From the IMG/VR virus record IMGVR_UViG_2660238346_000032, positions 1 through 7,472 of that record: a stretch of 7,472 nt of DNA. The stretch is one strand, 5' to 3'. The translations under genes were made by a program, and so were the position numbers. The stretch is from a virus. Taxonomy: Duplodnaviria; Heunggongvirae; Uroviricota; Caudoviricetes. The notes under the pieces were generated by a model. The model saw nothing but the letters and a program-made list of their open reading frames with translations. It searched no databases and was not told the DNA's origin. Within the stretch, counting starts at the first letter, position 1. Every line of letters begins with the position of its first letter. Below are positions 1 through 6,415 of the stretch, piece after piece.

Positions 1-74
1 TCCGTAACGCCTCTGCCACGCGCGTAACGTGACAGGGATTAAGGGTAAACTAATTGATTTTGCAAGTTTTTATT

Positions 75-1361
75 TTACCCAGCTTTCTTATGGGGCATAC
101 ATGGGACACTTTCAGATAGTCTTTTGTTAAGGAGTTCTGTCTGTTCGTGATTGTTGTCTTTCATCCATGCTCCGTAAACATTGAATACCATTTGTGCGTT
201 TGTGTGGCCCATCTGGCTTGCGATAAAACTAGGATTAGCTCCTGCGGCAAGTGACCAGCATGCATAAGTATGCCTGGATTGGTACGATTTTCTGTGTCTC
301 AGACCTGCGCGTTTTAAGATACTTGTCCATGACTCCCTGATGGAGTCAACCTTGTAGTGAGGTCCGGACAACTGCTGCTGTTTTGTTACCTGAGGACTAA
401 AAACAAAAGTGCATTTATGCACAGCAGTTCTCCCATATTCCCTCTGCTTCACCTCTACAGAATGTTGCTTTCCAAGCATGGTCATTTCCGCCTGGCTTTT
501 AAGAGCATCAATAGCTGGTTGAACCAGATGAATTGTCCTTCCGGTGCCTGCATCGGTTTTTGGTGGAGTGAATTCGCCAAGTTTTGTATAATTTCTACGG
601 ATGGTTATAGTCCTTGCTTTAAGGTCTATATCTTCCCATGCCAGCGATACCAACTCCCCGTGACGAATACCCGTGTATACAGCGAGAATCCACAGGTTTT
701 TTGTTTGTTGATGACGGCAAGCCTCAATAAAACGAATAAATTCGTCACGGGTGAGAGGATCTGGTTTTACCTTGGACTTTTTTAAGGGAGCCAGACCGTT
801 AAATGGGTTTCCTGAGGTATAACCATTATCTGTTGCAAATTGAAACATTCCAGCTATGGTTGTCATATAGTAGTTTACCGTGACCACTGAGCGCCCTTTT
901 ATGGAAGAAGTCTTTCCATTAGAAAGCTTTTGGTAACCGGTCAACAAATCTCTCCTTACGAAAAGTAAATCCTCTTTTGTTATGGATGAAACCAGTTTTT
1001 TTTCACCTAACATTGGTAACATGTTTTTAATTACTGACTGGTAACGGTTAAGTGCATTCGCACAAATCTCAATTTTCTTAAGGTCCAACCATTTTTCCGA
1101 AAGTGCCTTAACGGTTATCTCTCTTTTTCCCAGACCAAAGTGTTTCAGGTTAGGGGAATTAGGGAACTGCGCGGCATAGTCGAAACTCCCCATTCTGATT
1201 GCAAAACAAACGGAAGTGCGAAGTTCACCAGCGATCTTCCGGTTTTTGGCTGTGTCAGGAACACCGAGGTTTTCTCTGACACGTTTGCCATTATAGTGAA
1301 ACCATATACGGAGTGATCCTCCATGGTTTTCAACGCCTGTCGGGTATGATGCGTTACTCAT
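75..1361 (-). CDS. int: Phage tyrosine integrase (lambdoid prophage Int, IntR-like)
   Basis: 428-aa ORF. ATG at 1361..1359 is preceded by GGGAGG with a 5-nt spacer. C-terminal region carries the tyrosine-recombinase catalytic signature (TGIRHGEL, SRHTYAC, MGHTNAQMVFNVYGAW, i.e. R / HxxR / Y). Overall architecture resembles E. coli Rac-type IntR as recalled from memory. It is the first gene at the left end of the block, as expected for a prophage integrase. Confidence 0.9.
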   Translation of the reverse strand: MSNASYPTGVENHGGSLRIWFHYNGKRVRENLGVPDTAKNRKIAGELRTSVCFAIRMGSFDYAAQFPNSPNLKHFGLGKREITVKALSEKWLDLKKIEICANALNRYQSVIKNMLPMLGEKKLVSSITKEDLLFVRRDLLTGYQKLSNGKTSSIKGRSVVTVNYYMTTIAGMFQFATDNGYTSGNPFNGLAPLKKSKVKPDPLTRDEFIRFIEACRHQQTKNLWILAVYTGIRHGELVSLAWEDIDLKARTITIRRNYTKLGEFTPPKTDAGTGRTIHLVQPAIDALKSQAEMTMLGKQHSVEVKQREYGRTAVHKCTFVFSPQVTKQQQLSGPHYKVDSIRESWTSILKRAGLRHRKSYQSRHTYACWSLAAGANPSFIASQMGHTNAQMVFNVYGAWMKDNNHEQTELLNKRLSESVPCMPHKKAG

Positions 1362-1394
1362 TAAACCTCCCAGACGTCCAGGAGCATTAACAGG

Positions 1395-1649
1395 TTAACC
1401 GGAACTTGCATTTTTGGCACCTGGTTGTTTCTGGTTTTCGATCCATCGCATAATTTCTTCGATGTTGTACAGGCATTCACTGTAGTGCCCCGGATCACCT
1501 TCTACAGCGTAATGGCGGTATTCTTTTCCCTGCATCCATGACTTTCTTCTTGCCCGCTCAATGGTGCCAGGCTTTAGCCCTGTTGATGCAATGAGGACTC
1601 TCTCCGTACACCATTTGCTGGGGGTTATCTGATAGATGATTGTCTGCAT
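1395..1649 (-). CDS. xis: Putative excisionase / excisionase-like DNA-binding protein
   Basis: 84-aa ORF immediately upstream of int with a 33-nt gap, in the same orientation. ATG at 1649 is preceded by GAGGT. Small basic protein (WCTERV, ERARRKSW, GKEYRHYA) in the canonical xis position. Family assignment rests on position and size, not on a verified alignment. Confidence 0.55.
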   Translation of the reverse strand: MQTIIYQITPSKWCTERVLIASTGLKPGTIERARRKSWMQGKEYRHYAVEGDPGHYSECLYNIEEIMRWIENQKQPGAKNASSG

Positions 1650-1667
1650 GCCAACCTCATAAAATTT

Positions 1668-1802
1668 TCATCCACGGCAGTGGCACCACACGTCAAACAT
1701 TCGCTTCACAACTTCACGACAGTAGAAGCCGTCAACATCTCGCGTCAGGTCATAGCGATTGCCGTAACGCTGGTGGACCCATCGTTCAAATGCTTTATTC
1801 AT
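1668..1802 (-). CDS. Small hypothetical protein (44 aa, Cys/His-containing), not in the supplied ORF track
   Basis: Hand translation of the minus strand gives MNKAFERWVHQRYGNRYDLTRDVDGFYCREVVKRMFDVWCHCRG with a TGA stop at 1668..1670. ATG at 1802..1800 is preceded by AAGGAAG with about a 7-nt spacer. It fills the gap between the upstream gene stop (1806..1808) and the xis start exactly. Three Cys and two His (C28, C41, H42, C43, H10) could form a small metal-binding site. Confidence 0.4.
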   Translation of the reverse strand: MNKAFERWVHQRYGNRYDLTRDVDGFYCREVVKRMFDVWCHCRG

Positions 1803-1805
1803 TCT

Positions 1806-2048
1806 TTACTTCCTTTTTATGGCTCGTAATTTTTTCAGGTGCTTTTCCTGCTCAGTGTCCGCGAGAATTTTGCGGTACTCCTGGTGGTCAATATGTTCGA
1901 ACAGGCTGTTGAACTCAGTGATGCGTACCCGCCCGGATCGTCCGTCCATCCGTCGAAAGAACACTGAGTGCTCAGTGATGCGAGTAATCACCACGGGGTA
2001 TCCGGCTCTGTCCGTGTATATCTGCCCGCGTTGAATCAAAGCGAACAT
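1806..2048 (-). CDS. Hypothetical phage protein (80 aa from ATG 2048; track ORF extends to a TTG at 2084)
   Basis: ORF in the same orientation and tightly packed. The first ATG is at 2048..2046 (MFALIQRGQIYTDRAGYPVVITRITEH...), preceded by a weak GGGGA SD. The track's longer 92-aa form starts at a TTG with no SD. Contains an internal RITE(H/F) repeat. No family recognised. Confidence 0.5.
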   Translation of the reverse strand: MFALIQRGQIYTDRAGYPVVITRITEHSVFFRRMDGRSGRVRITEFNSLFEHIDHQEYRKILADTEQEKHLKKLRAIKRK

Positions 2049-2132
2049 GTGGTTATCCCCATCGACAAATCGAGTACACAACAAACGCTGCTGCGAATAC
2101 CATCCCCAGAGTTACGATTGCATCAGGCCAGC

Positions 2133-2498
2133 TCATTGATTCACCTCCTGCGGCGGCTCCGGTAGCGGCATCCAGTGGGTTACTTTCGATGCCGGTTCTT
2201 CCCCATTGTCAGTAACTGCCCACCATTTGTTTCTCGAACAATCGTAATACCCTTCGAAGGTATCGCACTCAGTCCAGCCGTAAGACTTACCCCAACACCA
2301 AACATACTGTTTATCGTTCGGCATTCGCTCACTACAGCTTATCCAGCCATCCGTAGTTACCGGAGAATTGCCAGCCTTGCGCATGGCAATCTCCATGATT
2401 TCAACCATATCCCCTGGTGGAATTTTACAATGCTGACCAGTATGCCTCTGCTGTCTGGCATATTCGAGGATGTGCTCCAGCTTGGTACGATTAATCAT
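2133..2498 (-). CDS. DUF551-domain phage protein
   Basis: 121-aa ORF. The C-terminal half (WISCSERMP ... VTHWMPLPEPP) matches the characteristic DUF551 W...W / THWMPLPEPP pattern seen in many enterobacterial prophage proteins. ATG at 2498 overlaps the upstream stop as ATGA and is preceded by GGGAGA. Confidence 0.7.
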   Translation of the reverse strand: MINRTKLEHILEYARQQRHTGQHCKIPPGDMVEIMEIAMRKAGNSPVTTDGWISCSERMPNDKQYVWCWGKSYGWTECDTFEGYYDCSRNKWWAVTDNGEEPASKVTHWMPLPEPPQEVNQ

Positions 2499-3004
2499 GA
2501 TTTATCTCCCTTAAGCATGGCAGCGCGGCAGGCATCCTCTACGCCCTTAACTGCATCTGCGCAGTAGTTATAGCGATTGCATTCCACTAACTTCTGCTTG
2601 AGATTTTCAATTGATTGCGCGATATCAGCCTGTATTACCGGAGCTGGCGGAACGGCTGTCTGCACTCGAACGTCATCAGGTACTACCGGCTCTACTGCCA
2701 ACTGACTGGCATATTTGTTAATGGTAACGATAAGCTCTTGCTCGGCCTCATCCAGACAATCACCGATACCTCGCCTGTCACCATCAAAATCATCGAAATC
2801 GGCGCGAATCCTGGCAACCTCCCGGATTGCGGACAACACCTCACCAGGAATTACCGTAGAGTTGCCCGATAGTACATTCTGCTCCAGTGATGCCAGTGCA
2901 ATCCGTGCCAGCTCACGAATCTCACCGCCGTCTATATCGTCAATGTCATCACGGCCAGAAATGTTAGCCAGCCATTGCAGTCGCTCTTTGGTAATAGTGA
3001 TCAT
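2495..3004 (-). CDS. Hypothetical acidic phage protein (169 aa)
   Basis: ATG at 3004 overlaps the upstream gene stop as ATGA and is preceded by AAGGAA. Strongly acidic composition (DDIDDIDGGE, ADFDDFDGD). N-terminus MITITKERL resembles the N-terminus of the 101-aa protein at 4179..4484. Confidence 0.6.
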   Translation of the reverse strand: MITITKERLQWLANISGRDDIDDIDGGEIRELARIALASLEQNVLSGNSTVIPGEVLSAIREVARIRADFDDFDGDRRGIGDCLDEAEQELIVTINKYASQLAVEPVVPDDVRVQTAVPPAPVIQADIAQSIENLKQKLVECNRYNYCADAVKGVEDACRAAMLKGDKS

Positions 3005-3516
3005 GCCGCGTTTCCTTCTTCCTTATTAACAATTACACCGTCATATATTTCATTAAGGTGCCCTCTCAACTCCATGCGCCTTAATGCAGATAACATGTAA
3101 TCGCATTCAACCTGCTTATTCCCAGTAAATGGCTTATCGTCAGGATTACCCCAACAGCAATTACCCCTGGGCCATCCATGTACTTTCCGTACTCTTCCGT
3201 TAACAACGTGAAGTAATCCCCAGCCGGGAGGTAAATCCTCAACTGAAATAATTTCCGGCTCACTAATAAAGAATCGCCAGTCGCCCATGCCAAGTGAGGG
3301 ATTTTTACGGAAACGCTTTTTTCTATCTGCCAACAAGTCAGCACGAGAACACTTCGCTTCTATCAGGCATGATGCTGAATTTCTGAATCCCATAGCATCT
3401 GGCTGTTCTCCGGTACTGGTTACAGCTATAAAGCGGTCATGAAAACAAACCTTGAACCCGTTGCGCTTAAGGAACTTGTACGCAATCTGACAGAGTTCGC
3501 GGTGTGTTAACGCCAT
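3001..3516 (-). CDS. Putative PD-(D/E)xK-fold nuclease-like protein (171 aa)
   Basis: The track ORF runs to 3597 but would overlap the upstream gene by about 80 nt. ATG at 3516..3514 (MALTHRELCQ...) is preceded by AAGGAGAG and lies 1 nt after the upstream stop. Motif E7 ... G-E-Q-P-D40 ... L-I-E53-A-K55 has the spacing (12 residues between D and ExK) and context of Hjc/VRR-NUC/RecB-like PD-(D/E)xK nucleases. The C-terminal roughly 90 aa (GWGLLHVVNGR ... CCWGNPDD) is unrecognised. Confidence 0.55.
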   Translation of the reverse strand: MALTHRELCQIAYKFLKRNGFKVCFHDRFIAVTSTGEQPDAMGFRNSASCLIEAKCSRADLLADRKKRFRKNPSLGMGDWRFFISEPEIISVEDLPPGWGLLHVVNGRVRKVHGWPRGNCCWGNPDDKPFTGNKQVECDYMLSALRRMELRGHLNEIYDGVIVNKEEGNAA

Positions 3517-3517
3517 A

Positions 3518-4192
3518 TCACTCTCCTTTGATGCGAATGCCAGCGGCGCGTGGCACATTAACTTCCACGATGCGCACAGTTGGTTTGTACATCTCAATCG
3601 CTGTCAGCCAGTCAGCGCCAGTCATGCGCTTTTCTGCATCGCCATTAGTCCACTTAACCGGTACACCAATAGCCTTCATCGCGATTTCTATTTCCCCGGC
3701 AATGGCGCTTTTTCCGCAACCAGTAAAACCAGAAACAACGACAAGAACTTCACCTTTGGCTGGTTTTATTTCCCGTGCTTCCAGTTCAGCAATACGCTTA
3801 CTTCCATCCGAGATAACACCTTCGTAATACTCACGCTGCTCGTTGAGTTTTGATTTTGCCGACTCCAGTTGTTTTGTTAGTTCCGCAATACGGCAAACAT
3901 CGTTGATACGCGTTTCCTCTAATGCGTTGATCTCATCCAGTAGTGCCAAAGCAACCTTTGGATTAAAGGCAGCAATAAATTCAGCGTTTGCGTAAGCCTG
4001 AGCATCTGTTTCAACCAGGCAGTTAACATGACATTCTGCAATCACGCCACCGGGTTCTCCTTTCCATTTTTGGCAAACAAAAACTCCTGTTAAATTGCCG
4101 TGCTGGTTAACAGATGTATGCCCTACGATGTAGCTTCCTTTAGTTGCTTTCTCTGCCTTTTCACGCAGTGCCTGATAGTTAATCTCGCTCAC
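3518..4192 (-). CDS. Ea22-like (Ead/Ea22 family) protein with coiled-coil and P-loop-like C-terminal module
   Basis: The most plausible start is GTG at 4192..4190, preceded by a perfect AAGGAGG with a 6-nt spacer. The track's 4234 start is a TTG without an SD. N-terminus SEINYQALREKAEKATKG ... AEFIAAFNPKVALALLDE resembles the Ead/Ea22-like N-terminal domain as recalled from memory. The central segment is heptad-like (LEETRINDVCRIAELTKQLESAKSKLNEQREYYE). The C-terminus contains VLVVVSGFTGCGKSAIAGEIEIAMKAIG, i.e. a strand plus GxxxxGKS Walker-A-like loop plus helix. Confidence 0.65.
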   Translation of the reverse strand: MSEINYQALREKAEKATKGSYIVGHTSVNQHGNLTGVFVCQKWKGEPGGVIAECHVNCLVETDAQAYANAEFIAAFNPKVALALLDEINALEETRINDVCRIAELTKQLESAKSKLNEQREYYEGVISDGSKRIAELEAREIKPAKGEVLVVVSGFTGCGKSAIAGEIEIAMKAIGVPVKWTNGDAEKRMTGADWLTAIEMYKPTVRIVEVNVPRAAGIRIKGE

Positions 4193-4484
4193 TGGCTGCC
4201 TCCTTTGCTGGGCTTTCGAATATATCAAACTCAAACAACTTAACTACGTCATCAAACAGGACATAATCGCCATCAGAATCTTCAGTCATGTCAGCGCCAC
4301 AATCCTGACCGAACGAGTCACAACCACCCATATCAAGCTCGTATCGCTTGAGTTTTGCGATATTTGATAAATTCAGCGCCAGTACAGCAAGGTCATAAAC
4401 CTCGTCAGCGGTATACCCTGCACCATGCCCATACATTTCAATGCGGGATATGATTTCTTCTACACGTTGTTTTGTGATTGTCAT
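4179..4484 (-). CDS. Hypothetical highly acidic small protein (101 aa)
   Basis: ATG at 4484 overlaps the upstream stop as ATGA and is preceded by GGGAGGTGA. I count roughly 23 Asp/Glu against 9 Lys/Arg, with an acidic C-terminal tail (DMTEDSDGDYVLFDDVVKLFEFDIFE). N-terminal MTITKQRV resembles the N-terminus of the 2495..3004 protein. Confidence 0.6.
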   Translation of the reverse strand: MTITKQRVEEIISRIEMYGHGAGYTADEVYDLAVLALNLSNIAKLKRYELDMGGCDSFGQDCGADMTEDSDGDYVLFDDVVKLFEFDIFESPAKEAASERD

Positions 4485-4966
4485 TTTTGCTCACCTCCCT
4501 GTTCTTCCAGAAAAATACGCATAGCCTCAAGCATCTCTTCGGTGTCATACGGTGACAACTTGTCACGCAGGATGTGTTCAATGCTGTTAACGAACTTGCG
4601 GATTGCTTTGCGTTCAATTTCAGCCAGGAAAGCGTCTGTAGCCGGGGTTTGCGGCATACCTCCGTCTGTTGCGCAGATATACGCATCAGATAGTTCATCC
4701 TGCTCGCCATCAAACACGTAGCAACTCTGTACGATAAATTTATTCAGCCCCGCACTCTCCGCTGCCAGCGCCGCGCACTTGGCCTCAAGGTTATCAATCG
4801 TGATTCCAGCAGAACGACACTCCCGCAACGCCGTTTCTAGTTTTGATTCAAGTTCACCGAACTTACGGACAAGATATTCAGCGTTTGTTTCGTTAACCTT
4901 TAAATCTCGGGGGATGCATTTACCTTTCAGAAATCCATCCATCTCAATTAGTGACATTTGTTTCAT
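4481..4966 (-). CDS. Hypothetical acidic phage protein (161 aa)
   Basis: ATG at 4966 is preceded by GGAG. It is the first gene after a 171-bp gap and is followed by ATGA-coupled downstream genes. Acidic, with a predicted helical/coiled-coil central segment. No family recognised. Confidence 0.6.
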   Translation of the reverse strand: MKQMSLIEMDGFLKGKCIPRDLKVNETNAEYLVRKFGELESKLETALRECRSAGITIDNLEAKCAALAAESAGLNKFIVQSCYVFDGEQDELSDAYICATDGGMPQTPATDAFLAEIERKAIRKFVNSIEHILRDKLSPYDTEEMLEAMRIFLEEQGGEQK

Positions 4967-5137
4967 TTCTTCCCACTCCGCAACATCGCATTCAGATATT
5001 TGTTTTGATTTACTGATGGAAAAGAATTTCTCTTAAGCAATTCCTCTCTCGATGGCATTGGCTTTACGCGTTGGTGAATAATCATTTCTGCCGGAAGAAT
5101 GCCGGGGTTGTATGCAAGTCATCTCATGGTAAATTCC

Positions 5138-5431
5138 TCAGTCATTACTGATAGCGCCATAGCGTGATCGGTAATTACGCAGGCGCGGGTCAATTTCAGG
5201 GAAGTGGGTATATGTGGCTTTGCGGAATGGTCGGATTGATGTCTGGTAAATTCGCTCGCGTTCTTCTTTCTCTGCAAGCCATATACAATGGCGAAATTCC
5301 TTTTCCTCTTTCGTTTCCTGCGGTAGCGACATTATCCGGTCGTAGTTTTTTCTGAATTTATCCAGCACCTCCGATACGGAATTGCCGGAACAGCGGCGCG
5401 CGTCGTCCGCACCATAGAGAGGCGCTGGCAT
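5138..5431 (-). CDS. Hypothetical phage protein (97 aa)
   Basis: ATG at 5431 is preceded by AGGAG with a 7-nt spacer, 13 nt downstream of the ssb stop. Charged protein (KEEKEFRHCIWLAEKEERER). No family recognised. Confidence 0.55.
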   Translation of the reverse strand: MPAPLYGADDARRCSGNSVSEVLDKFRKNYDRIMSLPQETKEEKEFRHCIWLAEKEERERIYQTSIRPFRKATYTHFPEIDPRLRNYRSRYGAISND

Positions 5432-5444
5432 GATTTTCTCCTGA

Positions 5445-5951
5445 TTAAATTGCGTGAATAGCGTGACGAGGGAAGGGGAGAGTTACTGGTGCAAAGGGTA
5501 TATCGTCGTCAAAATCCATCGGAGGTTCGTTGTGTTGTGCTGGTGATGATTGCTGCTGTGGCTTCTGTGATTGCCTGCTGGCTGCTTGTTGTTTGCTGTC
5601 GCCAATGCCGCCAAGCATTTGCATCACGCCATTAATTCCGACATGAACCTCGGTTGTGTAACGGTCTTGCCCTGACTGGTCTTTCCACTTTCTGGTTCTC
5701 AGCATTCCCTCGAAATAAATCTGATCACCTTTTTTCACATACTGCCCCACGACCCCAGCCAGTTTCCCGGATACAGCAACACGATACCATTCAGTCAATT
5801 CCTTTTGCTCGCCAGTATTTTTATCTCGCCATTGTTCTGACGTGGCTATTGTCAGGTTAGCGAACGCTGTACCTGATGGTGAGTATCGAACTTCCGGGTC
5901 TTGTCCTACCCGACCAAGGATAATCACCTTATTTATCCCGCGAGAACTCAT
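5445..5951 (-). CDS. ssb: Single-stranded DNA-binding protein (prophage SSB) with atypical C-terminal extension
   Basis: Probable start is ATG at 5951..5949 ([23 protein letters not shown]...), preceded by GAGGTGGAG. The track start at 5960 is a GTG three codons upstream. The OB-fold region aligns closely with E. coli SSB ([23 protein letters not shown] ... [19 protein letters not shown]) as recalled from memory, followed by a Q/S/P-rich linker and the conserved acidic tip [11 protein letters not shown]. The ORF then continues 15 codons ([15 protein letters not shown]) before TAA at 5445..5447. Confidence 0.9.
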   Translation of the reverse strand: MSSRGINKVIILGRVGQDPEVRYSPSGTAFANLTIATSEQWRDKNTGEQKELTEWYRVAVSGKLAGVVGQYVKKGDQIYFEGMLRTRKWKDQSGQDRYTTEVHVGINGVMQMLGGIGDSKQQAASRQSQKPQQQSSPAQHNEPPMDFDDDIPFAPVTLPFPRHAIHAI

Positions 5952-6415
5952 TTGCTCCACCTCTTGCCAGTTTTTATGTTGCTTATAATTGATTGAGATA
6001 CACCCATGTCTTTTGCTATCTTGTACTGACTCTCTTTTTCAGAGAGTCTTTTCCTGATTTCTATAACCTGCCACTCTGTTAATTTTGCACCATGATGAGC
6101 ATGACCTTTTTTTGCTCCACGATGCCTTCCTTTTGCTATCTTGTCGTCCATGTTTTCTTGCGCGCTACCTAAAAAGAGATGTTCAGGATTAACGCAGCAT
6201 GGGTTATCGCATTTGTGGCAAACCATCTTCCCAGATGGGATGGGGGAGTGATAAAGCTCAAAAGCAACCCGATGAGAAAGCATTGTTACGCCAAAGGCTA
6301 CAAATTTTGTGTATCCTCCTTTGTTTTTTGAATAGGTAGACTCCCAGCAACCTGTTGTTTCATTAACTTTGTAGCTGGACTCGAATCTTTTAATAATTCC
6401 GTCCAAGTGAGACAT
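5948..6415 (-). CDS. HNH endonuclease (HNH_3-type homing-endonuclease-like) with C-terminal putative DNA-binding region
   Basis: 155-aa [17 protein letters not shown] ... [42 protein letters not shown] matches the phage HNH_3 pattern (GCWE, KGGY, HR, CH.CDN..C.NP.HL). ATG at 6415..6413 abuts the upstream TAA stop (6416..6418). Its TGA stop (5948..5950) overlaps the ssb ATG as ATGA. Confidence 0.85.
   Translation of the reverse strand: MSHLDGIIKRFESSYKVNETTGCWESTYSKNKGGYTKFVAFGVTMLSHRVAFELYHSPIPSGKMVCHKCDNPCCVNPEHLFLGSAQENMDDKIAKGRHRGAKKGHAHHGAKLTEWQVIEIRKRLSEKESQYKIAKDMGVSQSIISNIKTGKRWSK

Noticed and set aside
357-785. Plus-strand ORF (142 aa) and the other plus-strand track ORFs (1640..1912, 1819..2034, 1968..2165, 2175..2567, 2615..2872, 2715..3029, 3504..3827, 4425..4721, 4779..5036, 5164..5355, 5654..5860, 6632..6904)
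   Set aside because: Each lies antisense within a well-supported minus-strand gene (integrase, SSB, HNH, SSAP and others). None has a convincing RBS or a recognisable protein motif, and their composition is low-complexity (Ser/Arg/Cys-rich), typical of shadow ORFs.
1145-1333. Minus-strand 62-aa ORF nested inside int in another frame; similar nested same-strand ORFs at 3081..3344, 4438..4713 and 6574..6765
   Set aside because: They are out-of-frame overlaps of longer genes that carry clear family signatures, with no independent start signals.
1395-1700. Search for a cII-type TTGC-N6-TTGC int promoter (pI-like) within or upstream of xis
   Set aside because: No GCAA-N6-GCAA (plus-strand equivalent) was found by eye, so I cannot support a pI-like regulatory site.
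1914-1981. 12-bp direct repeat CTCAGTGATGCG at 1914..1925 and 1970..1981
   Set aside because: Repeats of this length are expected by chance in 7.5 kb. It simply encodes the RITE(H/F) repeat within the 80-aa protein.
3517-3597. Longer N-terminal extension of the nuclease-like gene (track start 3597)
   Set aside because: It would overlap the upstream gene by about 80 nt. The internal ATG at 3516 has a strong AAGGAGAG SD and fits the 1-nt intergenic spacing.
4193-4234. TTG start at 4234 for the Ea22-like gene, and GTG starts at 5960 (ssb) and 7338 (56-aa ORF)
   Set aside because: These are non-ATG starts picked as the longest frame without SD support. Downstream starts have canonical SD sequences: GTG 4192 with AAGGAGG, ATG 5951 matching the canonical SSB N-terminus, and ATG 7302 with AGGAGA.
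5087-5110. Possible hairpin CCGG-N7-CCGG in the 171-bp gap as a rho-independent terminator
   Set aside because: The stem is only 4 bp and there is no downstream U-tract on the transcribed (minus) strand, so it is not a credible intrinsic terminator.
6010-6144. Perfect 15-bp direct repeat CTTTTGCTATCTTGT at 6010..6024 and 6130..6144 inside the HNH gene
   Set aside because: Both copies encode K-I-A-K in the same frame (DDKIAKG and QYKIAKD). This is most simply a short coincidental or internally duplicated coding motif. There is no flanking structure suggesting a regulatory or mobile element.
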